From assembly GCA_032718475.1 (NCBI GenBank), contig JAUCBJ010004376.1:1-40824 (forward strand): a stretch of DNA of 40,824 nt. The letters run 5' to 3'. Every line of letters starts with the position of its first letter. Position 1 is the first letter of the stretch. This stretch comes from Nemertoderma westbladi (lineage: Eukaryota > Animalia > Xenacoelomorpha). Below are positions 10,520-24,175 of the stretch, piece after piece. Made by a program: the position numbers and the translations under genes. Under the pieces are notes generated by a model. The model was not told the origin of the DNA and did not search any database. It saw only the letters and a program-made list of their open reading frames with translations.

Positions 10520-11138
10520 GTACTCCGTACTGTAACTGTACTTCAATCCATACCGCACCACAGTACCGGTACCGGTACAGTCTTTTAATCTGACTTTTTA
10601 TCACCTGGCCACCTCTACCAGTCTACTGACCTATTGGGCTATTACTGTATTACAGTATTAATTAACAATGTTTTATCATAATTCTGTTTTGTATTACTGT
10701 ATTATTCTTTTACCGGTCAGCCGGTAAATAATTTTAGGCTATTGCAGTATTTCTGTAGGCCTATTTATTTATTGCCAATTATAATATTTACAATAGGCTA
10801 ACTACTGAACTATTTCATACAACTACGACTGTACGAGCACAAAATTTATTACAGTAGGCCTATTGTACAAGCTGACAAGCACACAATTTTGTAGAATTTC
10901 AACTGTTCAAGCCGGTACAGCGGTACCAGCTGTACACAGGCTGACAGGTACATTCAGCTGGTCCTGGCACCAGGTAGCCAGACACCAGACAGACAGCCAG
11001 AGCCATAGTGCTGCAGTGCCAGAAGGAACCAAAACAATAGGCCCAAAACTGTAAACTGCTAAACGATTTGAAAAAATAAAAATTCGAATTTTTCTGAGTC
11101 AGTTAGTATGTAGTATTACAGTATTACTGTAGTACCGT

Positions 11139-12776
11139 CAGTCAGTGATCTATGCCAAAATTGGCAGTTTTCAAAAATGGAAGTTTTTATTCCAATTTCG
11201 GCATTAATTCCAAAATTGGAACTAGTACTGATAGGCACCAGTCAGCCAGTTATTAGATTAATAATGTATTTTGACAGTTTGAACTAATCTATTTTCATGC
11301 AAATTTATTACCGTATAATGCATTATATTTCGGTAACCGAACTTAGATCCTGCAGTTCGTGACTTTGACAGTTTGAGGAACTTATCTATGCGAACTTGGG
11401 TCCTATATATGCGAACATAGATCCTATATCTGGCAGTCTCGTTGAACTTAGATCCTAACTAAGTGAACTTAGATCCTATCCGGTAGTCTGGGGGAGCTTA
11501 GATCCTAACTACTGAACTAGGTGAACTTAAGATCCCAAATTTATACAAATTCCTTAGCACACGCTAGACTGCTAGAGGAGAGGCGAACTTAGATCCCACA
11601 TCATGTAGTGCTGGCCATGTTCAATTGATATTTTAGTATTGTACTGTGTTACATTTTACATTAAGCTGTTAAGCATATAAAAGTACTTACAGACTTATAA
11701 TGATCTAATGCAAATAAGTCATACACTCAGAGTAGTTGCGATTAGTTACTCACCAATAAACTATAATTTGCAAATTAATAGCTATTTCGGTGCAATGTAT
11801 TATTTATTATTATTATGGTAGTAGGATCTATAAGTTCGCTTCCCTTCAAGCGTGATAATATTTACAGTAAGGTCTGCTGGCCTATGGCAGTATGGGGATG
11901 ACGTTTTTACATTAACACAGCTATGGCTGTATGGTACAGCAATATACTGATATATACCGTACAGATATATGCAAGGTGCAAGGTATATGCATAGTTCGTA
12001 TGTTGAGGATCGAAGTTCATATGGGAAGGATCTAAGTTCGTATGGCAGTATGGGAAGTATCTAAGTTCGCTCTAGGATCTAAAGCGGTTACTTATGCAGT
12101 AGACAGGTAGATGTGTGGCACAAAGTCGGCATTTAATAAAACAAAAGGCACTGGTAATGAATGACCGCCTCTGGCTGTCTGGAAGTACTAACACTAACAC
12201 AACAACTGGAACTAAGTCTTCTTCAAGCTAAGCAGGTGATGGTGATAGCGTTAAGGTATTCGGATATTGGATAGTACAAGTACCGTACCTACTGTACGTA
12301 CACATATACTACCACACACAAGCACATGCAACTCACTAGAATGTATAATGTCACACATCACAGCTGTCACAGCATGACACTGACACATTTACAACAAAAG
12401 TTCAGTAATATACCAATATACAGATATATGCCTGCAAGCTGCAACTCAGCAACTACAACCACTCTCTCTGTCAGTCTGCAGCTTCTCTTCCTCTATCAGA
12501 ATAAAAAATGCCAAAAACGGCAGATCAAAAACTTCCAATTTTGGAACTAGAGGTTACAGTATCAAAATTTTAATCATAAAAAAGCAAAAGCATGGTGAAT
12601 TTTTTTTTATCTCGGTCAAAAGTTTCTAAATGCATCAAAATATAATTTTTTGCAAAATTTAGTTAACCCCAGCCAATATTGGCTGACCCTGGTCAGAAAA
12701 TATATAAAAAATTCCAATTTTGGCATGAAAACTTCCAATTTTGAAAAATGCCAATTTTGGCATAGATCAGTGACTG
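11139..12776. mobile_element. Non-autonomous TIR element, CAGTC termini, 5-bp TSD (ACCGT)
   Basis: ACCGT|CAGTCAGTGATCTATGCCAAAATTGGCA ... TGCCAATTTTGGCATAGATCAGTGACTG|ACCGT; TSDs at 11134-11138 and 12777-12781; subterminal CCAAAATTGG repeats. Confidence 0.85.
11332..12092. mobile_element. Nested MITE with GAACTTAGATCC subterminal repeats
   Basis: GGTAACCG..TTAGATCCT at the left, AGGATCTAA..CGGTTAC at the right; motif direct over 11339-11597 and inverted over 11824-12083. No TSD seen. Confidence 0.7.
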
Positions 12777-13392
12777 ACCGTAACTGATTAATGCAGTAAT
12801 CAGGTTCAGGTACCGGTAATGTGCCCAAATTTTAATGTTAATGCTCAGCCTGCCAGCCCATTTCAATTTCAATAATGAATAGGCCTACTGGCCTAGCAGC
12901 CTGCTAGTACTGTAGTACCGGTACCCGTATTACCAGTTGCCAGTCGGTGATATAGGCGATTTTGGACTTATTCCAATTTTGGAACTTTGTGCGAGGGTAG
13001 ATTCCGAAATCGGAATACACTCCAAAATTGGACTTTTCTAAATTAAAAAAAAATATTTTAAGTCCTGCAAGTATAGGCCTATTTCCATCATAAATTCTAT
13101 CATTTTTCAATAAATATATGTTTTTTGTGCCAAATTAATTATTCCTACCATGCTTTTGCGGAAATTTATTCATACATTCCAAAATTGGACTTTGTTTGCA
13201 GAGATGCTATGTAGGATGACTGCTGTAACACTAACAAGGTACAGGGGTCCGTCCATAAGGTTATATGCAGATATGGCAGTATGGGCATGACTATGTCAGT
13301 ATGTAGAGCTGTACCCCTGTACCCTGTCTGCCTGTACAGCAAACAGCACAGTTTTACACTAGAAGCACAGCTGCAGCGAGACCCTAGACCAA

Positions 13393-13700
13393 GCAGCAGC
13401 TTGGTCTATTGGTGACATTCCTGGTTCGATCCCTAGATGGCAGGATGGGGCACGTCAGCCTGGGCACGGTACGGTGCACGGCTGCACGGGGGCAGCACTG
13501 TTTGAGCACAGCTGCACAGTGCTTTAAATGCTTCAGCGTAGACCAACCCTAGCTTTCATCCTTGTGAGTGGTCGATAAATGGGAACCAAGGCAACTTTGG
13601 AAAACATAATGGAAGGTTTACTATGGAATATCATCCGTGGTGGTGAACAGGCATTCCTTGGCTTTATTAGCCTAAAAAGATTATTATATTATTATTATAA
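13393..13700 (+). mobile_element. Decayed tRNA-derived SINE with Deu/Nin-like central domain
   Basis: A box TGGTCTATTGG 13402-13412; B box GGTTCGATCCC 13423-13433 (spacer shortened); CCAACCCTAGCTTTCATCCTTGTGAGTGGTCGATAAATGGGAACCA 13543-13588 resembles the Deu/Nin core as I recall it; (ATT)n tail. Confidence 0.65.
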
Positions 13701-13772
13701 AAGATTATTAATTATAGATTATATTATATTATATACGATTATAGAAGAAAATAGATTATTAGAAAAAATTAT

Positions 13773-15236
13773 AAACATTTCAACGGCTTGTTACATAATG
13801 TTACAGTATGCCACGTGCTGTGTGAAGGTCTCATAAACGTTTCAACAGCTTGTTACACAATCTTACAGTGCGCCTCGTTCTGCGCGAAGGCCTTTTAAAC
13901 TTTCCAACACCTTGCTGCCTGGCTGCCTTGTTACACAATGTTACACTACGTCACATGCTGCGCGAAGATCTCAAACGTTTCAACAGATTGTTTCAGTATC
14001 TCACATAACTGCATAATGCTTGAAGGCGGGAAGGTATCTTAATCGTTTCAACAGTTTGTTACACAATGTTGGAGTACGCCACGTGCTGCGCGAAGGTCTC
14101 TTAAACTTTTCAACAGCTTGTTAACAATGTTACACTACGCCAATTGCTGCGCGAAGGTATCTTAAAGTTTCAACAACTTGTTACACAATGTTACAGTATA
14201 CAACGTGCTGCGTGAAGGTCTCTTAAACGTTTTAACAGTTTGTTACAAAATGTTGGATTACGCCATGTGCTGCGCGAAGGTCTCTTAAACTTTTCAACAG
14301 CTTGTTACACAATGTTACAGTACGTCACATGCTGCGCGAAGGTCTCAAACGTTTCAACAGATTGTTTCAGTATCTCACATAATGCGTGAAGGCAGGAAGG
14401 TACCGGTATCTTAATCGTTTCAACAGATTGTTTCAGTACCCCACGTGCTGCTTGAAGGTCTATTAAACGTTTCAACAGCTTGTTAACAATGTTACAGTAC
14501 ACCACGTGCTGCACGAAGGTTTCTTAAACGTTTCAACAGCTTGTTACACAATGTTGGAGTACGCCACGTGCTGCGCGAAGGTCTCTTAAACAATGTAACA
14601 GTTTGTTACACAATGTTACAGTGCGCCATGTGCTGCGCCAGGGTCTCTTAAACGTTTCAACAGCTTGTTACACAATGTTACAGTTCGCCACATGCTGCGC
14701 AACGGTCTCAAACGTTTCAACAGATTGTTTCAGTACCCCACATGCTGCACGAAGGTCTATTAAACGTTTCAACAGCTTGTTAACAATGTTACAGTACGCC
14801 ACGTGCTGCGCGATGGTCTCTTAAACGTTTCAACAGCTTGTTACACAATGTTGGAGTATGCCACATGCTGCGCGAAGATCTCTTAAACGTTTTAACAGCT
14901 TGTTACACAATGTTACAGTTCTGCAGTTCGCAACATGCTGCGCGAAGGTCTCAAACGCTTTAAAAGATTGTTTCAGTATCTCGCATACTGCGAGAAGGTC
15001 TCTCAAACGTTTCATCAGATTGTTACACAATGTTACAGTATCCCATGTGCTGCACGAAGGTCTCTTAACGTTTCAATAGATTGTTTCAGTATCCAACGTG
15101 CTGCATTAATGTATCTTTAACGTTTCAACAGATTGTTACAGTGTCCCACATGCTGCACGATGGTCTCTTAAATGTTTCAATGGATTGTTTCAGCATCTCA
15201 CAGACTGCGTGAAGGCAGGAAAGACATCAAGGCAGG
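13773..15236 (+). repeat. Satellite of mixed ~62-bp and ~51-bp units, resuming at 17919-18012 after an insertion
   Basis: Unit AAACGTTTCAACAGCTTGTTACACAATGTTACAGTACGCCACGTGCTGCGCGAAGGTCTCTT; the short variant lacks the ACACAATGTT duplication. Confidence 0.95.
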
Positions 15237-15919
15237 AAGGGCAGTCAGGGAGATCATCAAATTTGAGAATACCTCAAATTTCAAATTATAGACCCAATTT
15301 TGGAATTACCTCAATTTTAATACAAGGTTAGGTTAATTCTCTAAATTTGAGTTATACCCCAAATTTGAATTTCATAGCAGCATAGTCAGATACAGACAGA
15401 AGTCATAGTTGACCTAGTTCAGTAGTTGTTAGCTTGTTACTGTATTGCAAAGGTAAAAAAATAAACTGATGTAGGCCTAGGGTAGTGTCTGAGTGTTGTG
15501 AAATATAATAATTAAAATTAAAACATATTCAGTATTAGTTTAAAAAGGCTTATACTTAAAAAGGCTACTGGTAGGGGTGCAGTGGGGTGGCTGATCAGAT
15601 GGTAGACATATAAAACGAAGTACAGAGCTTAAAGAACTTATATTTTTATATTGTTACTTTTTTGCTTGAATCAGTGAATATGCCCTAAAATCGGGAGAAA
15701 AAGTAGTAGGCCTACTTTTTTTCCCCACTAGTAGGGAAAAAGTTGTCCCCGTAATATCTGAATATTGTAACTTTTTGTTGGGCACAGCTTTTGCAAAGTC
15801 GGCAACACAGCAACCTGCAATAATATTGAATAATATTGCCACATAATAATGCATCATAGAGCCATAATTTTGCATTGATTTTACTTTTTCTCCCGGTAAA
15901 AAAAGTAAAATAAAACATT

Positions 15920-16184
15920 GGCACTTGTGTCAAATAGGGCTGTAGGAGACCCTCCTAGCTCCTATTCTGCTAATCCTGAAATCACCAAAACTAAAGTCAC
16001 TTTCACTAGTGTCCGGTTACAGGGTTAGCAAAGGAGCAGGTTACAGAGGTGAGTTGAAAGTAACCAAAAAACAATAAACAAGAGTTAGGAATATTGATAT
16101 CACCTGCACTAAATTTCAGCATTAGCTGGTGATTTCAGGATTAGCAGATTAGGAGGGTCACCTATTTGATTTGACACAAGTGCC
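15920..16184. mobile_element. MITE with GG termini and about 8-bp TSD (MULE/Merlin-like)
   Basis: GGCACTTGTGTCAAAT...TCTGCTAATCCTGAAATCACCA versus TGGTGATTTCAGGATTAGCAGA...ATTTGACACAAGTGCC; flanks AAAACATT / AAAATATT; shared central AAAGGAGCAGGTTACAG motif. Confidence 0.8.
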
Positions 16185-16599
16185 AAAATATTTTTGGTGG
16201 AATTTCTAAAATTTCATTGAAAGTGTTGATCAAAATTTTTGATCGAAATGTATATGTACAATCATTTCGTAATGTTACAATTTTGGAATAAAAAGCAAAA
16301 TCCATCCCTACACACTATCGACTATTGCAATGCAACTTTAGTGCCTGCAAGGTTTACTCCAGAAATGAGATAAAGCCTCGAGAATAGGTTGGTGAAAAAG
16401 GTTATACTTTTTGCCCAAGTTATAAATGATTCTGGTTCCTCATAAGGTCAATTTATAAGGATTTACTGATTTATGTATGTATAGTAGGCCTATAAACAAA
16501 CAGTCACTTAGATTTCTAAAACATTTCAGATGTCTTCTTGATAAGAAAGCAGAGTCTAAAGACTGTTTAAAAGACTAGCGATTAGTGATGAGATGATGA

Positions 16600-17110
16600 T
16601 GTTTCTACTGTGTTCCAGGTCCAGCATGTTCCATATGTTAATGACCCTGATAAAGAAGAGGTGATGTATGGAAAAAGCAGACCCAGACATGGCAGCATGG
16701 GCAGATGGGCGGGGCTTGGCCTTTGCTTCATAATTTTATTATATATGGCCAGGTCATGATTGCATTGGATGTCTGGCTGGGATATTATGTTGCACATTGT
16801 TGTAATGGAGGATCAGGTTTAGATTTTTACATATAAGTTTAAAGCACATTATCAAATTGAACTTTAATTGATGTATTATTGTATACTGCAGTAGGTGGTG
16901 GTTCCAACTTTAGAGTCTCCAGTTGCCAGTCATATAGAATAACTAACAAAAGAATCAAGTCCACATATATTGTATAAACCACGTCAACCTGTCAACCTTT
17001 GCGGCAACATTTGTCTGGGCTCCAAACTGATGGTACAGTATTCCAATTGACAGATAGAGCTAGGACATAGGACAGGCGAATATTACATAAGTCTTCAGGC
17101 TATCAGGAGA
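16600..17110 (-). mobile_element. Highly decayed CR1/L2-type LINE ORF2 3' remnant
   Basis: Minus-strand fragments across frameshifts: QLEYCT then VWSP (about 17050-17015), YDWQLETLKL (about 16935-16905) and HLFFIRVINIWNML (about 16663-16622). These match the LEY...WSP and FF.RV...WN.L motifs of CR1/L2 C-termini. Confidence 0.55.
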
Positions 17111-18052
17111 GGAATGGCTTCATTTGATATACAAAGTGTTAAAGAGGACATCAACAACCAGAAAACATATTTTTTTCCGAAGATGTGTGATATGAATGAT
17201 GAACAGAACAGATGAATGCCAGAATATGTAAACTTCCAAATTCTGGAATTGATTCAACATCCACAAGATATAGTAGGTCTTCCTGAGTCTGTGACTGTGC
17301 AGCTGTGTGAGCTTGAATCTCGCAACAGTGAGGATTTGGTCTACTGTTCTTCTTACCAACAGTAAGGCTGTAAGGATAGAGAATTTCTCTAGTCTTCTGC
17401 ATTTTTCTCACCAATCACTAACGGAGTTAACAATCATTAAAGTTATTGACTGTAAGTTACTGTGCTGTAAGGTTAAGCCTACCCTGCATACATGTCATGT
17501 CACAGGTTACACTGGTCACCCATTCTCACCAAGCTCTATAAGCACTAAGCAGCAAAGCCTACTGCTACACCCTACTGCTGACAGGCTGGTGATGTTGTAG
17601 TTGTACAGGCTGGCGAAATTTGAGGTTTTGTCTCAAATTTGAGGTTTAACCTCAAATTTCAATTTTCGCCCCCAATAAAAGCATGTTTGCATCGGTGAAA
17701 TATTTTATTGCATCGATAAAAGTTCTTATTTTACATTATATTTTAACATATTAAAAGTAGAAGTTGCTCCAATAGTTTCCCTAAGTCGCAGCAACACTCG
17801 ATATTATGAGTCTAAAAATACCTCAAATTTGAACAAAAAACCCAAATTTTCGACAGTCTATTACCAGAATTCGAAATTTGGGGTAACCCCAAAATTGATG
17901 ATCTCCCTGACTGAAGGGCAAGGTATCTTAATAATTTCAACAGATTGTTACAGTACCCCCCATGTGCTGCTGCTGCACGAAAGGTCTCTTAAACGTTTGA
18001 TCGGATTGTTTTAGTCGTTTTATTCACGTTTGGTTTGAGTTGGTTTGCAGTG

Positions 18053-18290
18053 CAGACTTCATTTCACATTCTGATATTATTTATTGACATTCTAGTTTTT
18101 AAAATCTATTTACACATGTACATTGGCAAAGTGAAAATAAATAGAGTAAATAAGAAAATATCTTCAGACTTCATTTCACATTCTGATAATATTTATTGAC
18201 ATTCTAGTTTTTAAAATCTATTTACGTAACCTATGTACAGTACATTGACAAAGTGAAACAAAATAGAGTAAATAGATAAATTTCATCCAG
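18053..18290 (+). repeat. Two-copy tandem duplication, period about 112 bp
   Basis: CAGACTTCATTTCACATTCTGATA...TTTAAAATCTATTTAC at 18053 and 18165. Confidence 0.85.
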
Positions 18291-18959
18291 AAAAGACAAC
18301 TGTGGGCTTAAGTGCTGCTATGTGCTGTTCAATACAAACAATACGCTACCCATTCTGCCATTTTACTGCAGTGTGCTCGTGCTGTCAGACTGTACGTACA
18401 GTGTACAGGTGTAGTACAGTAGTATAGTGCAGTAGTGCTGATGGAAAGACAAAATTGGAACTAAAGTCCTAAATTGGATGCGCAAAACTTTAAATGTCGG
18501 TTGTCTTTGTGGTGCACTGTGAAATTTTCTCGTGCACGGTTAAAACTCTTATTTTGTAGTAAAGAACATGTAGGTTAAATTTCAGATCCCGTCTGAAAAA
18601 ATTGTAGGCTGGGGAAAATTCACTGTAATTCATATCAAAATTAATTCCGATATTGGAATGGAAGTCCAATTTTGACTTAGCAAGTTCCAAAATTGGATCA
18701 AGTCCAAAATCGCCTATATCACCAACTGATTACAGTATGCAATATTCAGTATTAGCAGATTAGTCCTAGCACCTAGCCAGGTTGGAATTCTTGCTGCAAA
18801 ACGCGGACTGGCGGATGCGTACCTGCCAGCCTGCGCGAATGACCGCGAACCAGAACCAGATGCGCGTTCGGGTGAGACAGGTGCGCGTTTGTGCAGCCAG
18901 GCAGCAGCGCGCAGCTCTGACTGTCTGATGCGCACCACAAATTAATTGATGATTATGTG

Positions 18960-20270
18960 ATTACGACTGTACGGTACGAAAATACACAAAAAAAATTTCC
19001 GTTGTTCTGTTCCGTTTTCCAAAAGTTTGTGTATGTGTGTGTGTCAGTGTGTTGGAAGCCATAATTCTGTAATTGTCAGAAGCCAATAATTAACTGCCTT
19101 TTCCTTGAACATAGCTGCATAGAGCATAGATTGATAGAGTCCCAGTACAGCAGTAGCCAATAAACGCTGCGTATTTCTAGCTTTACTTGTCATCAGAGGC
19201 ATCCTGCAACTTCCCTTGCAGCTTTGTCAGCTTGCTTTAATGCTTTCATCTGCAAAATTGTTGTTGCTCAGCGACTGTTAGCGGTTGTTCGAGGAATTGC
19301 AGAATTGAACTAGCCATAGCTGCATAGTATAATTATAATTGTTCGCTAAGACAGTAAGATGGCTTGTAGCTTTAGCTGCACGAAGGCCTCACTCGTGTTA
19401 TTAAGACTGTATTATATTACGTTAGTAAACCAGGTAAAGTCAGAAAGTAACAATGTATTATTATTTATTAAGTATGACTTAATTATATAAGCCAACTCTA
19501 CTCACTGTATGTTAATGTTTACTAACATTACTATTATCAGATTACCGGTATTAACTTCATTTAATGGTAATGTTTACTGGTACCTAATGAAAATTAAGTA
19601 TTGCATATTTATTCAAATTTTATGGATACATGACCGAACGTAATCAGGATCGAATGTAACATAGTTATTACGTATCGAACGTAACCGCAATTATGTTACA
19701 TTGGATCCTATAACTATGTTACATTCGATCTACAAATTACTAAGCCCGAATGTAACATTGCCATTTACAGATTTAAAGGAGCAGGTTACAGAGGCGTGTT
19801 GGGGGAACCAAAACAATAAACGAAAGTTAACAAATGTTACAAGATTATGCAGGTTGCTTTTATTTAAAGGCTGAAAGGAGCAGGTTACAGAGGCGTGTTG
19901 GGGGAACCAAAACAATAAACGAAAGTTAACGCACATGTTACAAGATTATGTAGATACTTAATTGGGTCTTTGTTTTGTACTCTCCAACACCAAACTGTTT
20001 CTTCCTGTAAATAAATGAAGCATTTAATCTGTTAACGCCTGAAATCAAAACGAACTGAAATAAAAGTATGTTACATTCGATCTTAGTAATTTGTAGATCG
20101 AATGTAACATAGTTATAGGATCCAATGTAACATAATTGAGGTTACGTTCGATTCATAAAAACTATGTTACATTCGATCCTGATTACGTTCGGTCTGTCAC
20201 CCAAATTTTATACAGTAGAGTACCGGTAGCTGAGTAGGGCCTAATGTATTTTCAAGTGTAAATATACTGG
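18960..20270 (+). repeat. Direct duplication, copy 1 (copy 2 at 25109-25830)
   Basis: Both copies begin ATTACGACTGTACG..AAAATAC and are colinear through ..GTAGGG.CCT.ATGTATTT.CAAGTGT. Copy 1 also carries a MITE and several small scars. Confidence 0.9.
19624..20202. mobile_element. Mutator-like MITE, about 130-bp TIRs, 9-bp TSD (AAATTTTAT)
   Basis: TSDs at 19615-19623 and 20203-20211; empty site visible in the paralogue at about 25774-25782 (ACATTTTAT); TIRs built of CGAATGTAACAT repeats; GG..CC ends. Confidence 0.92.
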
Positions 20271-22271
20271 ATTAAAATTTTTTTTAAAATATTAACAATG
20301 TTGATGTTGCAATTATATTTATTATGTAGATTCAAAGTACTAGGCCTACAGTCTGACAGTACTAAGATAAGCTTTGAAACGCTCAAACTTGTAAAAAAGG
20401 ATGATGTATGAGGGGTGCTGGTCACCTCGCCGCACTGCCACTTCGCTGCAAGTCATCTCGCCGCAGATATTGTGCAGCGAGGTGTCTTGCGGCGAGGTGT
20501 CTCACTGTGATTGCCATTTCGCCGCAAATTATCGGACACCTCGCCGCAAGTCAATATTAATCATTTATTTCTATATTTACAGTGAAGCCTACTAAGCCTA
20601 GTTATGGCATTGGACATTATTATAAGAAGAAATAAAATAATACGGTAAGGTTGGTTGTTCTATTATAATTACTGTATTATTATTATAGATATACAGCGAG
20701 AGTATTTCAGTAACGTATTAGATTATAGTCAAACAGTCCTACTCGTATGTTTGTCAAAAATGTTGATCAGTTGTTTAAAACAAGTGTGACGTTATGAACG
20801 TTAAAAAATTTATATTTAAAATTGTAATGTATGCCTGCAGTATATTTCACTAGTTAAAATTTGGAATAAAACCTTTCATTGCGAAATTTATATTTCTAAT
20901 AACTATTTACGTACATGTACAATGCGTAGGCCTACATGGGTAGTTTTAGTAATGCAGTAACTAAGTACGGAAACGGAAGTAAGGTACATAACATAATGTA
21001 ATAAGGTTAATACTGTACAGTATGTTTATGTTAACTGATCGCCAACTCTAAGGGTCTGTTCACATATTACTATGGGGAGGGGAGGGTTCGGGAATAAATG
21101 TTACGTTTGCAAAGGGTCTGAGGTGTGGGGATGGGGGGTGGGGGCGGGTTGTCGGGGTCGGGGTAGGGTGCTTTCAATATACGACGATATTTGCAGTTTA
21201 AAGTTTACATTTATGATTTGCAATGTTTTTCTTTTATATTAAATTGCCACATTAGGGTTCAACAGAAGGCACTTTATGGTGCCGAACCGAACCGAAGCAG
21301 GGCCAACTTCGGGCCGAACCGAACCGAATCCGAACCGAAGTTCAGAAAGTTAGCAAGTTATGGTCATAAATTCGTATTTACGTCACTACAGCACTATAGG
21401 CCTACTGGCCTGCTGGCAGTGGCAGACTGGTACCTATTTGGTCTGCGGACTTAGCAAGAAAGCTATGATTAATTAAAAAAATAAGTACTACAAAATAAAA
21501 TGACAATATTTACATTACTGTACATTACTAACCTAAACTACTGTATACTTACTGTATGCACCACATTTTAACCCGTAGTAAGCCGTACAGTACACAGTAG
21601 TGACATCAAATTTAGAAAACCTCACTAAAAGTACAGGTAGTCTTTGTAATACTATTTATATGAGGTAGTAGGTATATTTCTGTATTTGGTATTATGTATC
21701 AAAGTTATGATTATTAAAAAATAGGTACTACAAAGTAAAATGGCAATAGGCCTATTTATTTAGCCTAACCTAAACTACTGTATAATTAAGCTAATTTTGA
21801 AACTACCCGGCAAGTAAGCTGAAAACAATTAAAAAAATAATGCCATTTAAATGGAAGTTCGTGTAAACGTTAAGCAGACAGTGGTGCAGACACCTGGTGC
21901 GGACAGTGGTGCAGACACCTGGTGCGGACAGTGGTGCAGACAGTGGTACAGCGTGCAGACGGTGGTGCAGGCACTGGTGCAGACACTGGTGCAGACAGTG
22001 GTGCAGACACAGGTGCAGACAGTGATGCAGACAGTGGTGCAGCGTGTAGACAGTGGTTCAGACACTGGTGCAGACACTGGTGCAGGTGCAGACAGTGGTG
22101 CAGACAGTGATGCAGACACTGGTGCAAACACTGGTGCAGACAGTGGTGCAAACTAGTGCAGAAAGTGGTGCAGACACTGGTGCAGACAGTGGTGCAGACA
22201 CTGGTGCAGACAGTGTTGCAGACAGTGATGCAGACAGTGGTGAAGGCAGTGGTGCAGACACTGGTGCAGAC

Positions 22272-24175
22272 CCAGGTTGGAATTTATGTAGAGTTTGCTC
22301 AACATGTGTGGCGCGGATTAAGGATCCTGGCGCGTAGTGACAGGGGCGTGTGGCGCGGATTAAGGATCCTGGTGCGTAGTGACAGGGGCGTGTGGCGCGC
22401 ATTGAGGATCCTGGCGGTCCTGGCGCGAATATGGATGTAGGGTTAGGTTAGGACAGTAGGAGGTTGCGTAGCAGTGCACTAGCAACACATCCCACTCTAC
22501 AGCTCTATTTGAAATTATTCCATACAGCCATATGTTTAAAAAGATTGAAAAATGTCCGCTCGCTTCGCTCGCGTTTATACTGTAAGCCTACTCTTAGCAC
22601 TGTCTGGCTGTGGACAAATGGAAACAGACAGATTGAGCATGACCATTAAAAACATGACTTGTTTCAAAAGTTTTTCAATTGTCAGATTCTTCAAACCAAT
22701 AAAACCATGACAGCCTGCATGATTCAGCAGAATTTCCGGGCTCCCTACGCTCGCCAGCTCGCAATTTAATGACATCTGCATTTCTGCATTTGAAAACAGT
22801 CGGTTTGCCTACTTTAAATGCTGAAATGTTAAAATTTTCGTGCTCGCTACGCTCGCATCTTGTTCACATCTGCATTTAAAAACAGTCAGTTGACGTTGAC
22901 CTACTACTAGGCCTACAACAGTACAACTACAGCACTATCTGACTTAGGGCTCAACAGAAGCTTCGGCTTCTGTTCGGTTCGGGCCGAAGTTTGGCAATTT
23001 CGGTTCGGTTCGGCTTCTGCAATTGATACTGCAGAAGCCCGGAGCAAACTTTGCTAAATATTCCAAGTATTACAGTATTACATTGACTGATTGAGCTAAG
23101 ACAATAAGACTAATCAATCTGTCCATCGTTGTACTAATTAATTTTGGACTGAACTTCCATTTAAATGGCATTATTTTTTTAATTGTTTCCAGTTTACTTG
23201 GGTAGTTTCAAAATTAGCTTAATTATACAGTAGTTTAGGTTAGGCTAAATATTGCCATTTTACTTTGTAGTACCTATTTTTTAATTAATCATAACTTTGA
23301 TACATAATACTAAATCTACTACCTCATATAAATAGTATTACAAAGACTACCTAACCTGTAATTTTAGTGAGGTTTTCTAAATTTATGTTACTACTGCAGT
23401 ACTGTCAGACTGTACGGCTTACTACGGGTGAAAATGTGGTGCATACTGCATACAGTAAGTGCATGCATACAGTAAGTGCATAACAGTACTTCTTAATACT
23501 GAACTGAACATCCAGCAGGAACATCCATTGAAAGTGTAATAGGCCTATTTTTTTGTGTATTTTTTTAATTGTTTGCAGTTTACTTGGGTAGTTTTCACAA
23601 TTAGCTTAATAATACAGTAGTTTAGGTTTGTAATGTACAGCAATGTAAATTTTACTTTGTAGTACTTATTTTTTTAATTAATTATAGCTTTCTCACTAAG
23701 TCCGCAGACCAAATAGCGAAATAGGTATCAGTCTGCCACTGCCAGTCAGCCAGTACTGCAGTATAGTCAGATAGTGACGTAAATACGAATTTATGACCAT
23801 AAACCTTGCTAACTTTCTGAACTTCGGTTCGGATTCGGTTCGGTTCGGCCCGAAGTTGGCCCTGCTTCGGTTCGGTTCGGTTCGGCCCCATAAAGTGCCT
23901 TCTGTTGAACCCTAATCTGACTATTACTGTCAGACTGTATTTATGTTTAACATAATTGGAAACTTTCCTTGCTCGCTACGCTCGCATTTTAATGTTAAAA
24001 TACTGCAGTACTGTAGGGCTGCAGCATTATAAACTGATAAATTATTAAAATTAAGCAATTACTGCAAAATTTCATAGTCAATTGTTGGCTTGGCGCGCAT
24101 TAGATATCATGGCTGGCGCGATTTTCGTTTAACCAGAAAGCGTGTGGCGCGCTTTTTGTCAGTATTCCATATAGG
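22272..24175. mobile_element. Second CCAGGTTGGAATT-type element inserted in the 12-bp array
   Basis: GTGCAGAC|CCAGGTTGGAATTT ... degenerate ATTCCATATAGG|GTGCAGAC; TGGCGCG subterminal repeats at both ends; internal GCTCGCT(A/T)CGCTCGC motifs. The TSD is weak evidence because it lies in a repeat. Confidence 0.65.
22945..23914 (-). mobile_element. hAT-type MITE copy B, 8-bp TSD (ATCTGACT)
   Basis: ATCTGACT(22937-22944)|TAGGGCTCAACAGAAG ... CTTCTGTTGAACCCTA|ATCTGACT(23915-23922). Confidence 0.93.

Larger units (their letters stand above)
15242..17913. mobile_element. CAGTC-terminus TIR element, 5-bp TSD (AAGGG), inserted in the satellite
   Basis: AAGGG|CAGTCAGGGAGATCATCAA ... TTGATGATCTCCCTGACTG|AAGGG; TSDs at 15237-15241 and 17914-17918; subterminal CTCAAATTT(G) repeats; satellite continues on both sides. 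Confidence 0.9.
12941..18728. mobile_element. CAGTC-terminus TIR element hosting nested insertions
   Basis: CAGTCGGTGATATAGGCGATTTTGGACTT at 12941 versus AAGTCCAAAATCGCCTATATCACCAACTG ending 18728 (one mismatch). ATTAC follows at 18729-18733 and occurs at 12929-12933, separated from the left end by 7 bp. Confidence 0.75.

Noticed and set aside
19160-19200. Minus-strand CTGATGA..GAAA as a second hammerhead (also ~25280-25315, and plus-strand CTGATGAG..CGAAAC at ~26017-26095)
   Set aside because: Stem II and stem I do not pair in register; the motifs look coincidental within repeat sequence.
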